From the IMG/VR virus record IMGVR_UViG_3300027771_001853, positions 186,001 through 250,000 of that record: a DNA stretch of 64,000 nt; one strand, 5' to 3'. Shown here piece by piece: positions 13,501 through 19,843 of this stretch. The translations under genes were made by a program, and so were the position numbers. Numbering within the stretch: the stretch's first letter is position 1; each line of letters starts with the position of its first letter. The notes beneath the pieces were generated by a model, which was not told where the DNA came from, searched no databases, and worked only from the letters and a program-made list of their open reading frames with translations.

Positions 13501-15114
13501 CAAAAAGTCGTTCGCTAAAGGTGGGATGCCGTCATAGATAGTTGTTAATGTACTCCCAGTACCAACTAATAGATAATTGTTTGCTCCAATATCCCTAATA
13601 AGGCTCCACCAGTTATTAGATATCGGTAGTGACCCCCAAGGGTTTTGTTTTATTAATATACCGTGTGTTAATATACTATTAGAAGGGTTACTAATGTGGT
13701 TATATATGTACGGTGAAGTCACATCATTACAATAAGAACCTTCTAACATATCACCAGGATACGTTACACCAGATAATACACCTTGGAAATACTCTACAGG
13801 GTAAATACACACACATTCTGTAGTGGTGGTTGTGGTTGTTGGTTCTGGTGGGATATAAGTCGTTGTTGTTGTGGTAGAAGGGCATTCAGCTGTAATATAC
13901 TCAGTATACGAACAACCGTCTGGTGCTAACACTTCCACACAATACGTTTTACAACATTCTAAAGTCAAATCAAAACAAGTGGTACTTGCTGTACACCAAC
14001 CAAAATGTGGAGCTGTACATCCTGACACGTACATTATTTGGCAATTGGTACAATCTGAATCACATAAAGATATTGTAGAGTTTGTAAAATCTGGAGAAAC
14101 ATCTATACTATACTCTTCTGTACAAAGTGTTGTGGTAGTTGTAACAACAGGTTCTATAATCTCAAACCCAAACATTTTATGATTGTAATTAGGTACGTAT
14201 GTTGTTTGTGTTGACGCTGTTTGGGGTACCACCTCCCAGTTATAGGTTTGTGGGTCTATTTTAGCTAACCCATTGTAGGATAGAAAGTAAAATTTATCAT
14301 CATACTCATCGTAGGTTAAGTCACCAACCCACGCTCTTCCACCAAATGGTATATTACGACCCGCTTGGTTATTAATAACATATGAAACATGTGCTGAACA
14401 ATAACTTAATACTGTGTTAACCCCATTGTTTGTGTTTATGTGTTGGAATGTTAGACCACTTGTCATCCCACTGATATAGCCTACCGCGTATAACTCACTC
14501 TGTCTATACGCTAAACCAAGACCACTATTTAAAAAACAGGTAGTCCCAGAATAAAATGGTTGTTGTGGTGTTGCATTTGGATGACTAACACTCCAAGTGT
14601 GTAAATATAAATCACCAACAGCTGGGTAAACCCATGAACCCATACCACCCATTGTCATATCAACCCCTTGCATGTTTGTACACCTTAATAAGGTAAAACA
14701 ATCGTTTGCTTCATCATAAGCAAATCCACCAACTAAAGGTTGCCACCCATGGTTATCGTAAGGTAATGTTAATGTAAGCCCCGAATATATTGTTTTGGTC
14801 CTACCTCCCCAGTCTTGGTCTGTTTTGAAGATTTGTCCTGGTAATTGCCAAGAACTTATGGAACCATTTTCACCAGCGAACCCATAAAGTTTTTTATTCT
14901 TTTGGGTCATTCCATAGTATGGGTCCATATTAAAAAATGGACCAGAGTACGAAGATTCTGGAGATTCTGTGATACCCGCTTCGTTCCTAGGTATTAATGG
15001 TGGTGGTGAACCTACGGGGGCTAAATTCCACTCATATAAATCATACTTCCATATGTTAGGTCCAGAAATTGAACCTTGTTGTATAGTATAAGCGGAGAAA
15101 TTTGGTGAAGGCAT
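1576..15114 (-). CDS. Giant 4512-aa modular Cys-rich/poly-Thr protein, putative virion fibre or adhesin with two DUF1566-like lectin domains and a vWA-like segment
   Basis: Single long ORF; dozens of T5-T7 linkers; GGxVF...DW[FY]xP...RPVR motifs; YDGSGS motif; located among structural genes. Confidence 0.8.
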   Translation of the reverse strand: MPSPNFSAYTIQQGSISGPNIWKYDLYEWNLAPVGSPPPLIPRNEAGITESPESSYSGPFFNMDPYYGMTQKNKKLYGFAGENGSISSWQLPGQIFKTDQDWGGRTKTIYSGLTLTLPYDNHGWQPLVGGFAYDEANDCFTLLRCTNMQGVDMTMGGMGSWVYPAVGDLYLHTWSVSHPNATPQQPFYSGTTCFLNSGLGLAYRQSELYAVGYISGMTSGLTFQHINTNNGVNTVLSYCSAHVSYVINNQAGRNIPFGGRAWVGDLTYDEYDDKFYFLSYNGLAKIDPQTYNWEVVPQTASTQTTYVPNYNHKMFGFEIIEPVVTTTTTLCTEEYSIDVSPDFTNSTISLCDSDCTNCQIMYVSGCTAPHFGWCTASTTCFDLTLECCKTYCVEVLAPDGCSYTEYITAECPSTTTTTTYIPPEPTTTTTTTECVCIYPVEYFQGVLSGVTYPGDMLEGSYCNDVTSPYIYNHISNPSNSILTHGILIKQNPWGSLPISNNWWSLIRDIGANNYLLVGTGSTLTTIYDGIPPLANDFLVTDGQCECVTTTTTILGFTTTTTLPGQTTTTTTLPGQTTTTTTLPGQTTTTTTLDPCDFGTIPLTGDCPTTTTTTVPPTTTTTTPDPCDFGTIPLTGDCVTSTTTPDPYASTTTTTIPCCDECCLITGAWEIINTGTTGNNGFYSIHKTSPHTQTTLPIALKDPTMWGAIPHMFFQGFAKRTTNNFLYGAFLEHKIDDTCNGTSRYDLHIYQVNPNTGSGSLAQTYTGYDVCNNTSGIRTEELGEGCLGYDSLNDKLIFIPYNNTVHPVYQIQPWVNGSVTYLGDFTVFTSPPNPYAHMSGLSNVPGTNNFYTYLDECSFGPGNCNSSAGYVCIFDGTTLNANPIPGTINPLLNSSISAGLLYDCEDLYIVRQLPSCSGGTPQQFQHTWIDESLIISGQCAFTIPTPWSCAPGNIQGAAPLFGPIIGAESLKLSLNVLDKDGNFVSMDMLTGDTTNPLTLTVYDPFTNTNIGQWDYNIVMDGNFPGVPSCMPTTPSPCGEGTLQHQNCTGNRDWYQAGVAQCGQWPNSPAGNCANILYLENPANIGLGVMVGEPSQFEITLQFGGMGTPCQPEYAEIWKDGGMTTPGEIVTQGVFDVGTNGNLPGVGTFKDQVMGAEYMKVLMYDSAQSGQVFNGDNFTASTNNWNFTVRHPDGSGTIIGSWKYELVRYPTGPGFPVAICDATPPISAGAGGGRCRGGAAPCIAGAPALTPTPLMEHTYCFFFKNPIPAGSPIDLSDYAPGSSHGNDIEISWGENTCCSGATDNLVLTKYTLPSGPITNTILGSISGVTALAGLECAGSFCETPDNPCPTTTTTTVPVSTTTTTDPCAPSTTTSTTTLGPPTTTTTTPAPPTTTTTTLLVSCECECPPTPPSECPCIFSGTNFYVFYDGSGSFAVSVAQLANNVVLPWWQQFIQTLPGYTGCLYQATVPPPQQQSESWLRYSRYPWEGTNAFIPTPVGISVPQGVCGSGLDMPIAAALNDPNAVVISFVNETEPWYNDSPWLPVCNAPSGVGVITPPVPCTDWNTNQLNSINVTSGLQKITPTENYLRDFDSFMGTYYNGVWDQPTGTPGNNGSFNSFVYTLPVNDTQQERITQLNAYGAVEGRVVPAVDFVDIGAANNGGGLYNFDAIKQTNPYCADACFWNSGYGPGKTPDGRCVSGLTHFGFISVHSHEYLLSNWLGTTQANNIGIATLSATVCFHTACTSGITVEECCITGSTAEQWIVDNPGSVSGLAIGETFNDIDHKACYKVIVTPNPLPPNGITLNPLGLFGIDNCVECMANGDGEDPYCAPTTTTTTKIFRTTTTTSTTFRQIYGVERCCCPSADTRTYQPIMPEGTHYSKPKTTVTLGDYVNLNPLPNSTPLPTIPLNANANVDVTLHMFEDCPGDPSIPQLNGYPKFAPVWLDSQTGYVDSAYLGQDLAAVQEYSLNNQNFYNHLGSPNPGEVITVEMEWTVACPDSGIALGTFTNCIKYLGVYTWSYPNDPIFALGNCSNFGILMAIFCDYWIAYVGNRIWGPLSVNYDICPVGTATVLSTHNDCYSCDGGLAEIRTFHVFEECELFSFLPSPTSSPFPPGVGISAIDAPGTTSGLIDFMTAVGLDDMVTRGNYFYSWVGSPGVGQVVTLHSTLNGFNNDVLCLKYMGTVSSSAVPYYPVGNWWHFGVNGLSTGGTNNECCVCEDLQSLSMLQQVPQFIGDTRDIFGQITSPEKTKLITTAPTVLYYEPTNGGVNKVGWEDINVNGLAYLVKVWTKDGDQYVTKSDTTSCTYIDKKAFTPPTTTPTTTYAIPPTTTTTTYAIPPTTTTTTYTIPPITTTTTVFGQLTTTTTYAIPTTTTTTYAIPTTTTTTYAIPTTTTTTLFGQTTTTTTQQLASGGGPLSNFVRNDGTSVNALKIGDFINLYQDNAYGHQSIEILDIVDQVKYESGEARCLGQKLNISTDVGVVPLFSRFQNLESSLSQSPTLTTTTTITKSTAPVSHLFEVCWNEISDYIPNIASILGTVNKTWGIEYFGTPNYIGDACYDGVTNTSTVPSVDYLANNLDFYQYLGSPSVGETVRWCYWNDNITYTNGPSGLGPSRIPGMTCTCLRYMGQGTPDFYSNLVCTVTNSTNGTTCSDCDTNPNSGWGGSLTNKGITWDDTTTNMGLNSCCCNDDYPNGANCMPERINDTGCSGFTYTDLSAIPIGGTWYDATSGECFTHIADPGLTYFDFTAPVPNPGGPYIDCDACEQINEIICEPVTTTTTRPSEIWGLKPCCCEDDVIIGVVPNVGDVGQAGGFVFHVDTINNIIYEVAPKSTEIGGFGMRWGCWGTPVLPSPTLGTSIGMGKINTNEIIAAGCPDPTPWATYLDTLIYNGYDDWFAPSYNEWLKLWFNIGPGQALLSPLYNLADLDDLKPFSGSTDQPPIWITSSEHPANPVYDTIAIGLPTTWGTTMQVLQKNFLFMWLRPVRSYNYATCSGYTTTDLSTVPIGNTWFDPLSGQCYERIAYPGPTNYNVNVPLNGPYDDCECCEITHKIVDDCVTTTTTIWDPPKTTTTTTNRPTTTTTTRPHICYGIKPCCCLTGQTYSIGDTGPAGGVVFYHDGQGNYLEASPYDVNLSNYDLPQNIIAANATDSAHTFTMWGCMNLYVSGTSREIFAGSDNTSKINNACTPDIYGYPCCPSCTTDVNWARTNPCSGNTVPFTYDCKDKKADAGGGYLDCTKEYIGNSVWPNPGSNLDASNITLHSAAHICSTFSFSGYTDWYLPTIKEMNEMYNGLVGSTGGQTIGLENPLAAGPPNETFYSTYNFAEGGYYWTSSECDASRAEYFPMFNGFNNIHLSLGMSNGPNYPTGTPCSGRDSIFPELFSSELHSKSLIPYPDINNNIIQGSPKYIRPVRKFTTTNETCSGCTKTDLSFMPIGQVFYDVGTNMCYERIEIPGPDLYNISVVPSIFYQDCFSIGGCLDTHHIVCTTTTVPPTTTTTTAWSATTTTSTVPPTTTTTTCQGLSACCKTNNIVFARWCGDLTNPASGLTSYNAFYDTLTNECWETIGREQGPIISINYPPIPLYSCAACEIPCTTTTTTVCLPFALSACCEEYVFSLTADCNTILSYPNDQTDILVGQGLLGTINGVPGCYVVVPSEPSAPVVPAGFTYQFWCTNSVAAGDPPCICSGCTETNFSWSVPCPSTTTTTTKRCADCFCLSGVSHLEIFYTGTSTSVEDDVCLTSADGTYCLDEIQGGSAPDYIYVNQNNAPGIGHYQIVPFQYVNIPPLEIASWVVQWCDNINCVGGNNPYQIATASTIVNTSIPASNPAWDLGQTVWEYIDNQIGPISVNPRNVDKQDPCYNYSGTSHTGCCTTYGLLTCCYDPTNPYWGENLCCNKNQVYYNTVYDIPSLVSGTTGNPSIVPIDTIHTPCPNMCLTIVDEAIHTYEPVVGAPMLTLNNIDDVWTTDYPYACMICREMYQPCSCPTTTTTTVPPTTTTTTGPVTTTTTSSGPLGLENCCDPTLQFVAAGTLYTILAGMNLGDAFYSTIMPSDYTGCWKIINNPVGIIQTNMFAPSFVSSSCAELNTNTNYTLCCPVTTTTTIPVSTTTTTPSPTLGVRQCCPPYDEYIATGVILTWLNSNLILGDVVYGNIITAPFSLQEGCWEFVSNVSGPGVAVSITPVNIYSSLVYQDPCNICVLDEEAPCTTTTTIGGTIGVESCCMDPVTGAFDQYVALGAFEVYLNGLIVGQAFSTQLVDTTGLIIRGCFKVINNPIGLSVSTFTTPGIVYSDCYTLDQALPLGCCAPLPTTTTTTTQEVQYVKHCCTGDVYELVGDPGAVSGVAGLNNDDTFRLVVSGGQFDGMACCFHKCVGCAPIVGTISGTFLFPIWPAGLTDQCDTCEDKGQSVGCCPTTTTTTVNVTGRGLEECCSDTNGVFQQYVAIGTLLTDINGLSLGSSHLFIISGVPVCARIINSPTGPTVTGAVLLSPPAPTPCAGLQAWLPYQNQDPTLRIPCCPVTTTTTCTPI
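7952..8170 (-). repeat. Intragenic 30-bp tandem repeat encoding YAIPTTTTTT
   Basis: Three perfect copies of gttgttgttggtatagcgtatgttgtagta at 7952-8041, then degenerate copies. Confidence 0.9.
13205..13446 (-). repeat. Intragenic repeats: 3 x LPGQTTTTTT (30 bp) and 2 x PCDFGTIPLTGDC
   Basis: 13351-13380 identical to 13381-13410; third copy near-identical; duplicated peptide visible in the translation. Confidence 0.9.
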
Positions 15115-15131
15115 ATAATTAAAATATTAAA

Positions 15132-15974
15132 TTATGAACATGCTCCTGAGTAGGTCACACCGTTAGTTATTCCACTATACACAGATATATAAGTTCCTAC
15201 CAGAGTGGCACCGGTAAGTAGTCTAACTGGGGTAAATGTAGTACCAGAAGTACTGGAAGCATAGACTTCCCAACCATAAACACCCGTAGTTAAAAGAGAG
15301 TATTTCAAATGACTATCCCAATAATTTTCTTTTGTTAACCCGGAGGACGAGTAACTAGAAAAAGGGTAACTATACTCAAGAGTGAATCCTGTTGAGATTA
15401 CGTGGTCCCTGAAAGTCCCAGCTGTAGTTGTAACACCACTTAGACAAACGGACTGTAAACAGTACGCTGTATTAGATTCACAAGCTGTGTTATAAGCTAT
15501 CGAATCAGTAAATTTAAAGAAAGGACCTGTATTATCTGTAGTAGCTGAAACCACTTGTACCGTACCAAACATATCCGTTTTATAATATTTTCCATTTGTT
15601 AACCCAGGAGCGTTTACAGCTCTACCAATTAGATTTGTATTTCCTGATGTACTTTGTGGGGATATAACTCCTTGTACCATAACATTGTATGGGTTATAGG
15701 TGCACCCGGTCCCACCAAAAATTGTAGTGGCGGTTAAACAACAAGTACCACTGAAACAATCACAGTTTTCACACTCTGGATGTGGTACGGAAATAGTCTT
15801 TATGCAGTAGTCTTCACCACAAGGAATACACATTGGAAAACATACATTTCCAAATACGTCACCAGGACCTGTCTGTCCCGAATAAACGCAATTAGTACAA
15901 CCAGATTGGCACAAATATACATCATAAGGTGCACTACTTCCGGTTATATAAAAATTGATACAATTTTGAGCCAT
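15132..15974 (-). CDS. Cys-rich putative virion structural protein, very rich in [S/T]GxT
   Basis: 280 aa; N-terminal YDVYLCxxxCxNC module resembles one in the giant ORF; TATTTATA upstream. Confidence 0.7.
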   Translation of the reverse strand: MAQNCINFYITGSSAPYDVYLCQSGCTNCVYSGQTGPGDVFGNVCFPMCIPCGEDYCIKTISVPHPECENCDCFSGTCCLTATTIFGGTGCTYNPYNVMVQGVISPQSTSGNTNLIGRAVNAPGLTNGKYYKTDMFGTVQVVSATTDNTGPFFKFTDSIAYNTACESNTAYCLQSVCLSGVTTTAGTFRDHVISTGFTLEYSYPFSSYSSSGLTKENYWDSHLKYSLLTTGVYGWEVYASSTSGTTFTPVRLLTGATLVGTYISVYSGITNGVTYSGACS

Positions 15975-16035
15975 ATTATTATAATTATTCTATAAATATA
16001 TTACCATCTATTATTACTTGTAATTTCATGATTAA

Positions 16036-17235
16036 TTATTGATTACAAGTTGCACAATTGATAAACTGGTTAGATAATGTATTACCATCAATAATCCTCA
16101 AGGTAGATACATCTGGTACACACGGTTCCACTGTTGTTCTATAACACCCACTATATGTTAGCGAGCCATTAGGGTCATATGTACCATTAGTTAACCCAGA
16201 GAAACTATAATACCCACCATCTACTAATAGTGGTGACGCACATGGTCGTATCAAAGATAGAAACCAAGCGTTCGCATTACAATCAGATATACCATAACAA
16301 ACGGGTGGGTTACAAGTTGTTGTAGTTGTTGTTGGTACTGGTATTGTGGTAGTTGTGGTTGTTGGTGCCGTGTATGTTGTTGTCGTTGTTGTTGGTTCTG
16401 GTATTGTGGTAGTGCTTGTGGTAGTTTCACATGGTTCGTCATCAATTATCGGTGGGCAACATAAACATTCTGGTTCTGAAACAAAAACAGTGTATGATGT
16501 TTTTATAAATCCACCACAGTCTTGGTTTGTTTTTTGTATACTAGTACTAAAAGTGTAGATTCCTGTTCCGTAATTGTAGTCATTTTCTATTTTACTCTTA
16601 ATCCAATCAGGTATGTTAGTATTGGGTGACCAAGTAAACCCACTAGACTCCCAACAAGTACCAGCACTAAAGTGACCAGTATATATGTCAGTAACCTCAC
16701 TAAGACTACATTCACAATTATCAGCATTTAATAATTGTGTATCCGGAGATAATTCCCAATAATAAGGGTAACCACAACCAGACCAACAGATTTCTACCTT
16801 ATCTGCGTTTCTTTTTAAAGAATTGGTCCAACCGTTATCCATCCCCGTTAACCCTATATCACAGATGGATGTGATAAATCCACCCATTTCTGTACACCCA
16901 GAGGTATAACAATCAACCCCACAATCTATACAATCCAAATCTTTTGCTGATGGTGTTGCGTGACACCAACATGTACCACTTATACTCAATATTGTATTGT
17001 TAGGGTAAAATGTACCACATTCCATAGTCAATTGCAATGAAGAGGACGGGTTACCTAAGTCTATCCAGACGGGTAAAACCTCACAATCATCGTAACCAAT
17101 GATATTTTTAGAGTATAAAACTTCCGTGTTAATATCCCTTTCATCAGCTACTAAGAAAAAATCATAGTAGGATGTGTAGTCTAATTTAGCGTCTAATCTA
17201 TTAAAATAATAATTCTTTAAATTCTGTGGTCCCAT
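16036..17235 (-). CDS. Cys-rich putative virion structural protein with poly-Thr linkers
   Basis: 399 aa; T-tracts; many Cys; TATTTAT upstream. Confidence 0.7.
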   Translation of the reverse strand: MGPQNLKNYYFNRLDAKLDYTSYYDFFLVADERDINTEVLYSKNIIGYDDCEVLPVWIDLGNPSSSLQLTMECGTFYPNNTILSISGTCWCHATPSAKDLDCIDCGVDCYTSGCTEMGGFITSICDIGLTGMDNGWTNSLKRNADKVEICWSGCGYPYYWELSPDTQLLNADNCECSLSEVTDIYTGHFSAGTCWESSGFTWSPNTNIPDWIKSKIENDYNYGTGIYTFSTSIQKTNQDCGGFIKTSYTVFVSEPECLCCPPIIDDEPCETTTSTTTIPEPTTTTTTYTAPTTTTTTIPVPTTTTTTCNPPVCYGISDCNANAWFLSLIRPCASPLLVDGGYYSFSGLTNGTYDPNGSLTYSGCYRTTVEPCVPDVSTLRIIDGNTLSNQFINCATCNQ

Positions 17236-17240
17236 TATTC

Positions 17241-17272
17241 ATAAATACTTATAGGTGTAGTTAATATTTATA
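17241..17272. promoter_or_regulatory. Back-to-back divergent putative late promoters (TATTTAT on each coding strand)
   Basis: ataaata at 17241-17247 serves the minus gene; tatttata at 17265-17272 serves the plus gene. Confidence 0.65.
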
Positions 17273-17285
17273 AGAAAAAGCAAAC

Positions 17286-17945
17286 ATGAAGAAATTAAAA
17301 CATAAAGGTGATTGTGAGACCACACATAATGGGAAAACCCACGATGAATGGGAGTTAGATGAGATAAATAAAGAAGAGGAAGAACTGGAAGAATTAGTAG
17401 ATTATGATGGTTCATTGATTGGTAGTAAGATACCTAATAACGTCAATGTCGCTAATATGACCAGTTCGAGTACTCTGGACCAAACAGTTGATAGGTCACG
17501 TCAAAGAGGTATGAGTTACGATTACTACTATAAACGATATTGGGGTGAAGCCTATTTAGGTAAACAGTTAGGTGCTGATAATGACGATGATGGCCTAATA
17601 AGTACCGATGGTTTAGGTTGGGATGATACCGTGGAAAAGTACGAAGATTTGGGTAAGACAACTAGAAAAGCTCAAGATAAGGCTGTGGAAATGGGTCAAA
17701 TACCGGATGAAGAGGACGTACAGATGATTAATGAAAAATCTAGACAGAGGATGAAGGATATGATTGAAATGATTTTATCTAAAAGAAATGGGGAAAACGA
17801 TTTAAGTGACCCTGTAGAACTCCATGACGTAAATCCTTTGGTTAAAAGAAAATTTAAAAGTCTTAAAAAAGCTATAGAAGCTGATGACCAAGACTTTATG
17901 GAAGTGATAAACAACTTAATGAAAGACGATAATGCCGGACATTAA
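17286..17945 (+). CDS. Hypothetical acidic phage protein
   Basis: 219-aa ORF; first gene of the plus-strand cassette; A-rich leader. Confidence 0.7.
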   Translation: MKKLKHKGDCETTHNGKTHDEWELDEINKEEEELEELVDYDGSLIGSKIPNNVNVANMTSSSTLDQTVDRSRQRGMSYDYYYKRYWGEAYLGKQLGADNDDDGLISTDGLGWDDTVEKYEDLGKTTRKAQDKAVEMGQIPDEEDVQMINEKSRQRMKDMIEMILSKRNGENDLSDPVELHDVNPLVKRKFKSLKKAIEADDQDFMEVINNLMKDDNAGH

Positions 17946-18381
17946 TTTAGAAAATAAGACATTTACTTGTCCTGATAAATTAGTTAATAGAATTAAATCT
18001 TCTTTAAATGATTTTAACGGACCAAAAACAACGGAAGGTTACGTTCGTGCACAAAACATAGTTGATAGTCCCGTAATAAGTTTAGCTCTACTAAAAAAAA
18101 TAAATAATTTCTTTAGGAGTAATGACGAAAGTCATCCAGGTTACGAGTTAACTGGTGGTGATTTTGGTAAAAGTACTTTTTCTGAAATGGAGAGACAAAC
18201 TAGGGAGGGGGAATCTAGGGGTCGTAAAACAAAAATGAGGGGTGGTCTTGAGAATACACATAAAAAACCCCATGAAAGAGACGATAATGCAAATGTGACA
18301 GCGGTACACGTCCCAACGGTTGACAAGGCTAATAGACTTAGGGAAAGTATCGATGAAATAAAAAGATTAATAAATATTTAA
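17932..18381 (+). CDS. Hypothetical phage protein
   Basis: 149-aa ORF overlapping the previous gene; C-terminal LRESIDEIKRLI. Confidence 0.7.
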   Translation: MPDINLENKTFTCPDKLVNRIKSSLNDFNGPKTTEGYVRAQNIVDSPVISLALLKKINNFFRSNDESHPGYELTGGDFGKSTFSEMERQTREGESRGRKTKMRGGLENTHKKPHERDDNANVTAVHVPTVDKANRLRESIDEIKRLINI

Positions 18382-18397
18382 ATAAAAACAATTAAAA

Positions 18398-18721
18398 ATG
18401 GCTGATAACAAGTACAATTCAAAACCTGGACAAACATTAACTGACATCGCGGAGATGGAGTATAAAAAAATGATAACTAAAAATATCTACCAACCAAATG
18501 ACCCAGAAAATAATTATTCGGTTAACCATTCGAACGCTACAACTGGTGATGACGAAAAGGGTAAGGGTAACGCAAGTTACTTAGGGGTTTATAGTGATGA
18601 AACTGGTAGTCTAACAGATAAGAACGAAAGAAAATCTTTAGTAGCTAGTAACCTATATAATAAGAAAAAAGAATATTATAATGTTACTGATGAAGCTGGT
18701 GGAAAGTCTGTAGGTATATAA
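18398..18721 (+). CDS. Hypothetical phage protein with internal duplication
   Basis: 107-aa ORF; A-rich leader; two N-x-Y containing pseudo-repeats. Confidence 0.7.
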   Translation: MADNKYNSKPGQTLTDIAEMEYKKMITKNIYQPNDPENNYSVNHSNATTGDDEKGKGNASYLGVYSDETGSLTDKNERKSLVASNLYNKKKEYYNVTDEAGGKSVGI

Positions 18722-18735
18722 ACTAGTTAATTAAA

Positions 18736-19116
18736 ATGAAACTTTACAATACAGTTCGTGAACTTATATTAGAAGTAGCCAATCGTGATGAGGTGATGAA
18801 AGCTATTAGAAATAGAAATTTAGTTTCTATATACTACGCTGGTGACACCACCAATAATCCTGGTTGGAGGACTATAGAGCCCGTATGTTTTGGTCTCTCT
18901 AGAACTAAGAATGGTCCAGGAAACCCGGTCGTAAGGGCATGGCAAAAAGACGGAGCAACTGATAGACCTAATACAATGCCTGGATGGAGATTGTTTAGGA
19001 CTGATAGAATTAGGAACTTTGATAACCTTTACGATTCATTCGATGAGGTTAGACCTAACTATAACCCCAATGGGGATAAAACTATGAAAACTGTTTATAT
19101 AAACGCGAAATTTTAA
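18736..19116 (+). CDS. Stand-alone WYL-domain protein
   Basis: AI..R..V.I.Y...R.IEP....VRAW...WRLFRTDRI pattern typical of WYL domains. Confidence 0.8.
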   Translation: MKLYNTVRELILEVANRDEVMKAIRNRNLVSIYYAGDTTNNPGWRTIEPVCFGLSRTKNGPGNPVVRAWQKDGATDRPNTMPGWRLFRTDRIRNFDNLYDSFDEVRPNYNPNGDKTMKTVYINAKF

Positions 19117-19826
19117 TGGCTGACTTAACTAAATTACAAAACTCCTTACTTAAAGCAAAAAAAGTTATGGGACAGGTGGAGACTGGAGGAACAAAACCAA
19201 CTTCACAAAACCGTACAATGAACCAAACAATGACAGAACAGGTACCACCTGAACAAATGTTATCACAACTACCACCTAACGCTCCTAACTCACCTAACGC
19301 TCATATACCAAAAGAACGACCAATGAATATGAACCCTAAGTCAGGACATAGTAGGGAAAAGATTATGGAATCTAAATTACCAGACGCAATTAAAAATGCA
19401 ATGATTAATAACCCTATACCTACCATGGATTTCAATAACGCTACCAATAAGTTAAGCCCTGAATTCATAGAAGAAGTTTCTAAAAAAATGAAGAGTCAAG
19501 ATTATTCTGTGGATGGTATGAGGAATACCGCTAACTCAGCAGTAAACATCCCACAAAGTTCAACAATAGATATCCCACCACCATCTGCATCATCTAAACC
19601 TACTAATGTTGCACCTCAAAATAGAACAACAATACCTACATCTGATTTTGCTAACGTAATAAAAGAAACGATTAAAGAATCTTTAGACGAAATAGTAGAA
19701 AAGAAAGTAAGGAATATATTAGAAGAAACTAATATAAATGAAAATTTAAGTCTTAGGGTGGGTAATAAAATATTTTTTGGTAAGATTAATAAGGTTAAAT
19801 CCGTAAAAAAAAATAGTTCTAGGTAG
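19116..19826 (+). CDS. Hypothetical phage protein
   Basis: 236-aa ORF coupled to the WYL gene (TAATG overlap). Confidence 0.7.
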   Translation: MADLTKLQNSLLKAKKVMGQVETGGTKPTSQNRTMNQTMTEQVPPEQMLSQLPPNAPNSPNAHIPKERPMNMNPKSGHSREKIMESKLPDAIKNAMINNPIPTMDFNNATNKLSPEFIEEVSKKMKSQDYSVDGMRNTANSAVNIPQSSTIDIPPPSASSKPTNVAPQNRTTIPTSDFANVIKETIKESLDEIVEKKVRNILEETNINENLSLRVGNKIFFGKINKVKSVKKNSSR

Positions 19827-19843
19827 GTAAGTTACCGACTATT

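Noticed and set aside
102-16558. Plus-strand Val-rich ORFs (VVVVV) that look like membrane proteins
   Set aside because: Antisense shadows of poly-Thr codons in the real minus-strand genes
1576-17235. Eukaryotic or giant-virus origin of the Cys/mucin genes
   Set aside because: No introns; they share the TATTTAT motif with T4-like head genes on the same contig
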